From Betaproteobacteria bacterium (lineage in GTDB: Bacteria > Pseudomonadota > Gammaproteobacteria > Burkholderiales > Ga0077523), in contig WGLR01000008.1 of assembly GCA_016125475.1 (NCBI GenBank), positions 137,723-201,722 of the forward strand: a stretch of DNA of 64,000 nt. The letters run 5' to 3'. This document shows positions 54,463 through 62,245 of this stretch, piece by piece; within the stretch, counting starts at the first letter, position 1; each line of letters opens with the position of its first letter. Made by a program: the position numbers and the translations under genes. Under the pieces are notes generated by a model, which saw only the letters and a list, made by a program, of their open reading frames with translations, searched no databases and was not told the DNA's origin.

Positions 54463-55946
54463 GGACCGGAATGGACACGCACGATCGTCTCGGACTGCTA
54501 TCTTTCTGGCTCGCCGCGAGCCTGCTTCCCTGGCTGGGGTCGGTGCCCACCGCCCACGCAGTGGACACGATCGTGGTGGCCGAAGGCGATGCACCGGACG
54601 CGTCATCCCGGGGGGACACCGAACCGGCGGAACCGGATTTCACGCTCCCGCCGCTCGACAGCGCGAGCACCGGTCAGCCGAGTGACGTCACCGGCTTGCC
54701 CGATGTCCTGGGGGGTGAGCAGCAAGGTCTGCGCTTGGTGGGCTTCGCCCAGCAGACCACGGCTTACACGTATGCGGATCCGGGCCACTGGTCGACTGCG
54801 GTCTTTCGCGCCCAGGTAGGTTCGTCCGGACGAATCGGCCCGAACCTGAAATGGCACGCGTCGGTGCGCGGCGAGTTCGATCCCGTCTACGCCTGGACCG
54901 ATTACTACCCCGACAATGTCCGGCGAGACCAGCGTGTCTACGGACTGATCGGGGAGACGTACATCGACACCAGCCTCAAGGGATGGGACCTCCGGCTCGG
55001 GCGTCAGAATGTCGTATGGGGAGAGATGGTGGGCCTCTTCTTCGCGGACGTCGTGACCGCGAAGGATCTGCGGGAGTTCATACTTCCGTCGTTCGACGTC
55101 ATCCGGATCCCGCAGTGGGCCGCACGCGGGGAATACTTCTGGGGGGACTCGCACGTCGAGCTTCTGTGGATTCCCTATACCAGTTTCGACCGGATCGGAA
55201 AGCCCGGAGCCGAGTTCTACCCGTTTCAGGTGCCGGCACCCCCTGGATTCGTCAACAGATTCCAGGACGATCAGATACCTGCGCGCAGCGTCAGCAACTC
55301 CAACGTGGGGGCACGCTTCACCACCCTGCAGAACGGCTGGGATCTGTCGGCGTTCTTCTACAAGAGCATGGACAGTTCGGCCACCTTCTATCGGGAAGTC
55401 ATCCCGACAGGACCAGCCTCCGGCACGATTCTCTACACGCCGCGACACGACCGCATCTGGCAGACCGGAGGCACCGTTTCGAAGGACGCGTCCACGGCAG
55501 ACATCGTGAAGGCGGAACTCGTCTTCACGTCGGGACGCAGCTTCAACGTGACCCGTCTGGGCGACGCCGACGGGGTCGTCGCGAAGGACACGATCGACTA
55601 TGCCATCGGCGTCGATCACACCCTCCCGGAAGACGCAAAGCTGAACGTCCAGTTCTTCCAGCGTGTCTATTTCAATCATGACCCGGACATGCTCCAGGAC
55701 CAGTTCGAGAGCGGTTTCACCGTTCGTTACAAGCGTCCGCTGCGACCGAAGCTCGATGCCGTGATTCTCTGGATCCAGAGCATCAACCGCTGGGAGAACC
55801 TCGTACGCCCACGCATCACGTGGGACGCCGGACACAACCTGCACATCGCCTTCGGAATCGACATCTTCAACGGGCCGGTGACGGGTTTCCTGGGTCGGTT
55901 CCGTGACCGGGACCGCATCTATGTGGAATCCCGGTATGACTTCTGA
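54459..55946 (+). CDS. predicted outer-membrane beta-barrel protein (DUF1302-like by motif)
   Basis: The ATG overlaps the ATPase stop (ATGA). It has a signal peptide ending AHA|VD and alternating aromatic/polar strands. An LRLGRQNVVWGE motif is present and the C-terminus is ...ESRYDF. Confidence 0.7.
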   Translation: MRTGMDTHDRLGLLSFWLAASLLPWLGSVPTAHAVDTIVVAEGDAPDASSRGDTEPAEPDFTLPPLDSASTGQPSDVTGLPDVLGGEQQGLRLVGFAQQTTAYTYADPGHWSTAVFRAQVGSSGRIGPNLKWHASVRGEFDPVYAWTDYYPDNVRRDQRVYGLIGETYIDTSLKGWDLRLGRQNVVWGEMVGLFFADVVTAKDLREFILPSFDVIRIPQWAARGEYFWGDSHVELLWIPYTSFDRIGKPGAEFYPFQVPAPPGFVNRFQDDQIPARSVSNSNVGARFTTLQNGWDLSAFFYKSMDSSATFYREVIPTGPASGTILYTPRHDRIWQTGGTVSKDASTADIVKAELVFTSGRSFNVTRLGDADGVVAKDTIDYAIGVDHTLPEDAKLNVQFFQRVYFNHDPDMLQDQFESGFTVRYKRPLRPKLDAVILWIQSINRWENLVRPRITWDAGHNLHIAFGIDIFNGPVTGFLGRFRDRDRIYVESRYDF

Positions 55947-56047
55947 GCCTGCACGACTGACATGATGTGGCTGCACCATGCTCGAGTGACGGAACGCCGG
56001 TCCGGCCATCGCCGTTTCGTGCGGGTAGAGACGACGACGGTGTCCGC

Positions 56048-57328
56048 ATGAGTCGGTTACGGGAGAGGCTCCAGGACTGGTTCGACGAGTGGAAGAAGAC
56101 CGCCCGACTGGATTACTGGCTCGCGCTGCGCAGCGTCACCAGACAGGGACGCCGCTCGGCCATCGGGCTCGTGGCGATTGCCGCAGGCGTCGTGTCGATG
56201 TTGCTGGCCGCCGGATTCTTCGAGTGGAACTACAACGGTCAGCGCGAGGCCACGATCCGATCGCGGATCGGCCACATCGAGGTCGTGCGGAAGGGTTACA
56301 TGGATGCCGGTGCGGCCGATCCCTTCGGTTACCTGATCCCGGAACACTCGCCGGCGCGAAAGCTGATCGAGACGTTTCCGCAAGTGGACACACTCGCCCC
56401 GCGATTGTCCTTCAACGGGTTGATCAGCCTCGGTGAATCCACGATTTCCTTTCTCGGAGAAGGCGTGGACCCCGACAGGGAGAAGAAGCTCAGCGGCGCC
56501 CTGACGATACTGCAGGGTCAGAATCTTTCGTCGTCCGACGCGAAGGAAGTCATTCTCGGACAGGGGCTCGCCCAGACTCTCGGCGCGAAGGTCGGGCAGA
56601 ACGTGGTGCTCCTCACGAACACCAAGTCACGGGGCATCGGTGCAGTCGAGGTACGAGTGGCCGGAATATTCTCCACGGTCACCAAGGCCTACGACGACTA
56701 CGCACTGCGGTTGCCGCTCAGGACTGCCCAGCAGTTGCTGAAGACCGACGGCGTGCACATGTGGCTCGTGCTTCTGCACGAGACCAGCCAGACGGATTCC
56801 ACGCTGGAGAAGATGCGGGAGAAGGTCGGAGACGACTCTCTGCAGTTCGTACCCTGGTACGACACCGCGGCCGCCGATCTCTACAACAAGACGGTCGAAC
56901 TCTTCTCCCGTCAGGTCTTCGTCGTGAAAGTCATGATCGCGATCATCATCATCCTGAGCATCACCAACACGATGACGACGGCAGTCCGCGAGCGGACTGC
57001 CGAGATCGGCACCTGCATGGCGCTGGGCGACACCCGCCGGACGGTGATGAGGCGGTTCCTGGCAGAAGGCGTGGTCATGGGACTCGCCGGATGCATCGTG
57101 GGGGTCATCGCAGGCCTCATCCTCGCGAGGGTGATCACGGCGATCGGCATTCCCATGCCGCCGCCACCGGGGATGGCGCAAGGCTATATCGCCGGAATTC
57201 TCGTCACGCCCCGACTCGTTTTCGATGCCGTGGTGCTGTCGGTCGTGACGGCGTTCATAGCCGGCCTCTATCCGGCATGGAAGGCCTCGAGACTGGAGAT
57301 CGTGGATGCCCTCAGGCACGCGCGCTAG
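56048..57328 (+). CDS. FtsX/MacB-type ABC permease 1 (LolC/E-like topology)
   Basis: TM1 is followed by a periplasmic domain of about 230 aa, then three TM segments of an FtsX domain (ERTAEIGTCMALGDTRR...). Length is 426 aa. Confidence 0.88.
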   Translation: MSRLRERLQDWFDEWKKTARLDYWLALRSVTRQGRRSAIGLVAIAAGVVSMLLAAGFFEWNYNGQREATIRSRIGHIEVVRKGYMDAGAADPFGYLIPEHSPARKLIETFPQVDTLAPRLSFNGLISLGESTISFLGEGVDPDREKKLSGALTILQGQNLSSSDAKEVILGQGLAQTLGAKVGQNVVLLTNTKSRGIGAVEVRVAGIFSTVTKAYDDYALRLPLRTAQQLLKTDGVHMWLVLLHETSQTDSTLEKMREKVGDDSLQFVPWYDTAAADLYNKTVELFSRQVFVVKVMIAIIIILSITNTMTTAVRERTAEIGTCMALGDTRRTVMRRFLAEGVVMGLAGCIVGVIAGLILARVITAIGIPMPPPPGMAQGYIAGILVTPRLVFDAVVLSVVTAFIAGLYPAWKASRLEIVDALRHAR

Positions 57329-58574
57329 ACGACCCAAGCGAACGTCGCTGCCCTGGACGACGACGTTCGCTCTGGCCATCAAGAACGTCCTGCGGCAGAA
57401 GGGGCGAACCGCTTCCATCGTCGCGGCGGTCGTCGCGGGCACCGCAGGCCTCATTCTGAGTCAGGGATTCATCCGGGACGTCTTCGTGCAACTGGCCGAA
57501 GCAATCGTCCACTCGCAGTCCGGGCACATCCAGCTGGCAAAGGGCGGGTATTACACCTACGGGGTGCACCAGCCGGACAAGTTCCTGGTTTCGGACCCGG
57601 AAGGCGACAAGGCACGCATCGCGTCCCTGCCAGAGGTGGAGGATGTCATGGCGAGGCTCGGTTTTTCGGGCCTGCTCAGCAATGGCCGGGCCGATCTCGC
57701 GGTACTGGGCGAAGGAATCGAGCCGGACAAGGAGGCCAAGCTCAGCAGCTTCATGAGAATCGCGGAAGGAAGGCGCCTGAGGTCCGATGACCGGTACTCG
57801 GCGCTCGTGGGCAAGGGGGTAGCGGACGCACTCAGGCTCCACATCGGAGACCGCGTGGTGCTGATGGTGACCACCTCGGACGGTGCAATGAACACGGCCG
57901 ACCTCGAGATCGTCGGCATCTTCCAGACATTTTCCAAGGACTACGACAACCGGGCGGTGAAGATGCCCCTGAGTGTCGCGCAGGAACTCATCAACACGAA
58001 CAGCGCGAACACGCTGGTCATCTCGCTCAAGCACACGTCGGACACGCAACGCATCGCGGCATTGTTGCGGGAACGCACGGTTTGGCGCGACCAGGAAGTG
58101 CGCACGTGGGACCAGCTGAACGACTTCTATCCGAAAACCGTCGAAATGTACAAGAAGCAGTTCGGGGGGTTGCGCCTGATCATACTGCTGATGGTTCTGC
58201 TGGGCGTGGTCAATGCCGTCAATTCATCCGTGTTCGAGCGAACCGCCGAGTTCGGAACGCTTCGGGCACTGGGCAACAAGGGACGGCACATTCTTCGGCT
58301 CGTGATGGTGGAATCGTTCATCATCGGTGCGACCGGCGTGACGCTCGGCATCGGGGTCGGCGCCGCAGGCGCCTACCTGATCTCGAAGATCGGCATCCCG
58401 ATGCCGCCTCCACCGAATGCCGATCTGCCGTACACCGCATACATTCGCTTCTCCTGGGATGCGGCCTGGACGGCGGCCGCGATCTGCCTGAGCGCCACCG
58501 TGCTCGCGGCCATCATCCCTGCGATCCGTGTGGCGCGGATTCAGATCGCACACGCCTTGCGTCAGGCGATCTGA
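57306..58574 (+). CDS. FtsX/MacB-type ABC permease 2 (LolC/E-like topology)
   Basis: It is a paralogue of permease 1 with the same topology (ERTAEFGTLRALGNKGR...). It overlaps the upstream gene by 23 nt. Confidence 0.88.
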   Translation: MPSGTRARRPKRTSLPWTTTFALAIKNVLRQKGRTASIVAAVVAGTAGLILSQGFIRDVFVQLAEAIVHSQSGHIQLAKGGYYTYGVHQPDKFLVSDPEGDKARIASLPEVEDVMARLGFSGLLSNGRADLAVLGEGIEPDKEAKLSSFMRIAEGRRLRSDDRYSALVGKGVADALRLHIGDRVVLMVTTSDGAMNTADLEIVGIFQTFSKDYDNRAVKMPLSVAQELINTNSANTLVISLKHTSDTQRIAALLRERTVWRDQEVRTWDQLNDFYPKTVEMYKKQFGGLRLIILLMVLLGVVNAVNSSVFERTAEFGTLRALGNKGRHILRLVMVESFIIGATGVTLGIGVGAAGAYLISKIGIPMPPPPNADLPYTAYIRFSWDAAWTAAAICLSATVLAAIIPAIRVARIQIAHALRQAI

Positions 58575-58719
58575 CTGGCCATCGCAGACCCGACACGATC
58601 TCCGGCGTGATCGCCCGGATCTCGAAGCGATGCGTGCAGCACCGGAGCCGACCGACGTTCCGTCTCGGTTGCAGGGCGCGCATCCCCGAGTGCGCGACGC
58701 ACTCGCATTCATGGCTCTC

Positions 58720-58747
58720 ACAGCCCGCGGGGCTGTCCTTTCTTTCC
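58720..58747 (+). terminator. probable terminator of the ABC operon
   Basis: ACAGCCC-gcg-GGGCTGT forms a 7-bp stem, followed by CCTTTCTTTCC. It lies about 145 nt after the permease 2 stop. Confidence 0.5.
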
Positions 58748-59115
58748 GTGCGGGTCGATTGCCGTTCAGAGCCCTTCGTGACGAACGTGGAGGCACCACG
58801 CACTCTAGCTGGCCCGGTCATCTCTCGGGGCGTCACGGGTTTCAGCTGGTGCCGGCGATCCCGATCAGGGGGCAGGAGACCAAACGACCGCAGGGCAGAC
58901 ATCCCCCGGCCACGGACAACGCCACGACGGACGCTCGGGCGGACAAAGCTGAAGCCGGTGTCTTCGACCAGCGGGTTCGTGCCCCTTCCGGAATACCCCC
59001 GGAAGCGAGACGTTCCAGGCCAGGATCGACGACCCGGTTCACGCCGGAAACGTTGGACCCCCGGCCAGCGACGCAGGAGTGATGCCGGCCGGAGGCTGGC
59101 CGGCAGGGCCAGACG

Positions 59116-59147
59116 AAAAAAAAGCCCGCTCGAATGAGCGGGCTTTT
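59116..59147 (-). terminator. strong (bidirectional) rho-independent terminator downstream of the PEP-CTERM gene
   Basis: A8-AGCCCGCTC-gaat-GAGCGGGCT-TTTT forms a 9-bp stem. The T-run is long on the minus strand and shorter on the plus strand. Confidence 0.85.
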
Positions 59148-59200
59148 CAGCTTTGATAACCGGGCGCGTTGGTCAACCCAATTGTTGTGGAACTCGAGAC

Positions 59201-60124
59201 TCAGGCCTTGCGGCTGCGGCGACGGGCGAAGGCACCAGCCGCGAACAGGGCGAGACCCGTCAGGGCGATGCCCGCAGGTTCCGGAGTCGTCAGACGGAAC
59301 TGACCGTTGTTCGAAATCACGAACCGGCCCGTGCCGTCGGCACCGGTACAGGGGCTGCCGGGAACCGCGCCAGCAACTTCACCGGGCAGACAGTTCGTGA
59401 ACGGAAGCTGCATGCCCGCGTTGATCGAGGGCGACTCACCCACGACTTCGGTGAGCACAGTGGTCGTCGGGTTCACCACACGCGAGGCGTTCGTCGTCGC
59501 GAAGCCGAACAGGTTGCCACCGACGTTCGCGGACAGGTCGTTGCCGAGGCTGTCGAAGAAGTAGCCGGCGGCCAGGAACGTCGCCTGGGCGGAGATGGTC
59601 TGCTGACCGTTCGGGATACCCGTCGGATCGATGTTGCCGCCACCGGTCACCGGCGAGAACGTTCCGATCAGGATGCCGTTGTTGGCACCGTACATCGAAC
59701 CGGCCGTGACCGTACCGAAGTCCTGGGAACCAGCCTGGGCGTAGACATTGATGGAACCGGCGGTGTAGGCGACTGAGCCACCCAGCGTCCCGGCACCGGT
59801 AAGATCGAACACGGCCGTGACTTCACCGGTCAGGTTGAAGTTCGAGCTGATGAGACCCGACTGGTCGACCAGGCGCCCGGAACCGTCCGCACCGGTGATC
59901 TGGACCGCGCCGACTTCGTTGAACGAGAAGTTGCCGGCGGCCGGAGTCGTGGTCGACACGTAGCTGGGACCGACCAGATCCAGAAATTCGGCAACCGACG
60001 TACGCTGATTGTTGAAACCCGTACCGTACGGGTTGAGGGACCAGTTGGTCAGGAAATAGGCAGAAGCGTGTCCGCTTGCCAACGATCCGGCCACCGCCGC
60101 TGCAACCAAAACTTTCTTCAACAT
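59201..60124 (-). CDS. PEP-CTERM sorting-domain secreted protein
   Basis: It has a signal peptide (MLKKVLVAAAVAGSLASGHASA) and a G/T/N/S-rich body. The C-terminus TPEPAGIALTGLALFAAGAFARRRSRKA is a PEP motif plus TM plus basic tail. A strong AGGAGG RBS precedes the ATG. Confidence 0.88.
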   Translation of the reverse strand: MLKKVLVAAAVAGSLASGHASAYFLTNWSLNPYGTGFNNQRTSVAEFLDLVGPSYVSTTTPAAGNFSFNEVGAVQITGADGSGRLVDQSGLISSNFNLTGEVTAVFDLTGAGTLGGSVAYTAGSINVYAQAGSQDFGTVTAGSMYGANNGILIGTFSPVTGGGNIDPTGIPNGQQTISAQATFLAAGYFFDSLGNDLSANVGGNLFGFATTNASRVVNPTTTVLTEVVGESPSINAGMQLPFTNCLPGEVAGAVPGSPCTGADGTGRFVISNNGQFRLTTPEPAGIALTGLALFAAGAFARRRSRKA

Positions 60125-60177
60125 CGTAAGCCTCCTAATGGCTGGGAAATGATGCGATCAACGCGCACCCTTCTATT

Positions 60178-60193
60178 AGCAAAGCACGGGCCA
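60178..60193 (-). promoter_or_regulatory. sigma54 (-24/-12) promoter of the PEP-CTERM gene
   Basis: The minus strand reads TGGCCCgtgctTTGCT, with correct GG-N10-GC spacing. It lies about 55 nt upstream of the ATG. An AT-rich tract (60195-60235) sits upstream of it. Confidence 0.6.
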
Positions 60194-60322
60194 ACAAATT
60201 AAGGGACTGTTTTATATACGATAAAAGCAGAGGAAACCGGCTGCCGAGGAGGTTCCAGGGGCCCCCTGTAAAGCGCGTCGACAGAGGGCTGCACCGTTCC
60301 ATACGGGGCGCCGGCACGGTGG

Positions 60323-61993
60323 TCAGCGGAATCCGTACTTCCCCGGCGCCAGGACGCCGTCGGGATCGATTGCCCGCCTGATCCTCGACATCATTTCGAA
60401 GAACTCCGGATTCTTCTCCGAAAGGGTGGTCATCCCTGCCGTACTCACTCGGTAGGACTGGTACCCGGCATCCGCGGTCTTCCTCGAAAGGCTCCCGTAC
60501 AGCGCGGCGGCCCTGTCGCACTGCACAGGGTCATCCTTCAGAAAGAAGATCGCGGTGAGAACGATCATGGATCGGGGGTTCTGGATCAGCAGGGCCACGT
60601 AGAAGTCGAAATCGAACGCCTTGAATTCGGCCTCGCAGAGATCGACCATGAATCGAACGTGGCTACCCGTCATCGGCACGATGGGAGCGAACCAGATCAG
60701 CCCGCAGCCATCCCGGTCCGGATGGGCATCCCGGGGCTTGGGGAGCGGGGATTTGAAATAGGCGTGGCGAACGAAGTAGTCGCTCGGCACACCCTTCAAC
60801 ACGTCGTGAATCTCGGGGGCGGCGGCGAGCATCTCCGGCGACTTCCCGCTCGCAGCCCTCACGGCCCAGTCCACGGGACCTCGCCACAGCGGATTCTGCC
60901 GCCACACGAGAAGACGCCGGACGAGTCCGATCGTGCGGTCGTCCACGAATACCAGTCGCCCGAGCGGGGCAAGCCGACGTCTGAGTTCCCGCTTCGCGGC
61001 GCGCACGAAAGCACGCCTGCCCTGAAGACCGCCACCGAAACTCCAGCGGGCGATCCCGAAGTGTGCCCGCATCGGGGCAAGTTCCTCCTCGGGCAGCCGG
61101 GAAAACCTGCGAAGCTGGTCGGGCGTGTACTGCGACATCACCGCCAGCGAAACGACGTCGTTGATGAGGTGCACTGCGCTCGTCACGACGCCGGTCAGCG
61201 CGAGGTCCCGGATGATGTCCACCAGTTCGGGCAGCGTTTCCGGTCGCGCCAGGTCGAACGTGAACGACACGAACGCTTCCGGTCTGGGCATGAGCCACAC
61301 GCCGGCCTTCACGACGATCCCGAGGCTCGACTGGCTGAACAGGCCCTCGGCGTAGGGTCCGACACCCCACTTGTGGGTGTGCCATGTCTTGCATCCCGGC
61401 ACCCCGCCACCCGTTCTCACGATTTCACCGGTCGGAAGGACGACCTCGAGACCACAGAGCGTCGCGAAGTGATCCGCGTAGTGCGTCGTTCCCAACCCCC
61501 GGTCCAGTGCGTTACCGATCACGCTGCCTTGCGGTGTCCCGTCGGTGCAGTCGCACCAGAGCTCCGGATGCTTCGCCTCCAGATGATTGCGAAGCTGCCG
61601 ATAGGTCACACCAGGCTCGACCACCGCGTAGGCGAGTTCGTCGTTCACCTCGAGGATACGATCCATTCTTTCGAGAACGACGACGACGGACCCCCCGACC
61701 ACGGGAGTCGCCGACCCGTAACCCCAGTTTCGCCCGCGGCTGCACGGCCACAGCGGTATCCCGTACCGCCGCGCGATGCCGACGACCGCGGCGACCTCCT
61801 CGGCGGTCGATGGATATACTACGGCAGAGGGCCGCCGGGACTGCGGCAGGGTCGATCTGGACAGCACGTCGACGTCGCCTGGAAGCGATTTCACATGTTC
61901 GACACCGAGAACGTCCTGCAGCGCCTCCACGGCGGCAGACAGGACCTCGCCGGAGATCGACGCCTCTGCCTTTTCCCAATCGATATCGAGCAC
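60323..61993 (-). CDS. FAD-linked oxidase, vanillyl-alcohol oxidase / p-cresol methylhydroxylase (VAO/PCMH) family
   Basis: It has a PCMH-type FAD-binding domain (PSAVVYPSTAEEVAAVVGIARRYGIPLWPCSRGRNWGYGSATP). Length is 556 aa with a GTG start. Confidence 0.85.
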   Translation of the reverse strand: MLDIDWEKAEASISGEVLSAAVEALQDVLGVEHVKSLPGDVDVLSRSTLPQSRRPSAVVYPSTAEEVAAVVGIARRYGIPLWPCSRGRNWGYGSATPVVGGSVVVVLERMDRILEVNDELAYAVVEPGVTYRQLRNHLEAKHPELWCDCTDGTPQGSVIGNALDRGLGTTHYADHFATLCGLEVVLPTGEIVRTGGGVPGCKTWHTHKWGVGPYAEGLFSQSSLGIVVKAGVWLMPRPEAFVSFTFDLARPETLPELVDIIRDLALTGVVTSAVHLINDVVSLAVMSQYTPDQLRRFSRLPEEELAPMRAHFGIARWSFGGGLQGRRAFVRAAKRELRRRLAPLGRLVFVDDRTIGLVRRLLVWRQNPLWRGPVDWAVRAASGKSPEMLAAAPEIHDVLKGVPSDYFVRHAYFKSPLPKPRDAHPDRDGCGLIWFAPIVPMTGSHVRFMVDLCEAEFKAFDFDFYVALLIQNPRSMIVLTAIFFLKDDPVQCDRAAALYGSLSRKTADAGYQSYRVSTAGMTTLSEKNPEFFEMMSRIRRAIDPDGVLAPGKYGFR

Positions 61994-62245
61994 CAGTCTC
62001 TGTCTCCCCTACGGATTTCCGAACCTTGAACGACCTGCTTCCAGCGACCACGTTCCTACCGCAGAAATCGACGGGTGCGGGGTTGCCGCCGTCATGCGAC
62101 ACTTCCGACGGGTGTCGCGCGCAGATACTCGCCCCCGGTGGCACGGGACCTCGATCGAATCACGGAAGCGCATCCATTTTCGAGAGTATGCACCAGAGGA
62201 TGAGCAGCTGCCGCCGCTCCGGACGCTCCGGCAAGTGAGAGTCCC

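Noticed and set aside
58528-59082. 184-aa plus-strand ORF (and 351-aa ORF 58082-59137) downstream of permease 2
   Set aside because: The translation is extremely R/P-rich. The ORF begins inside the permease gene in another frame, crosses a terminator-like hairpin and has no RBS or motifs.
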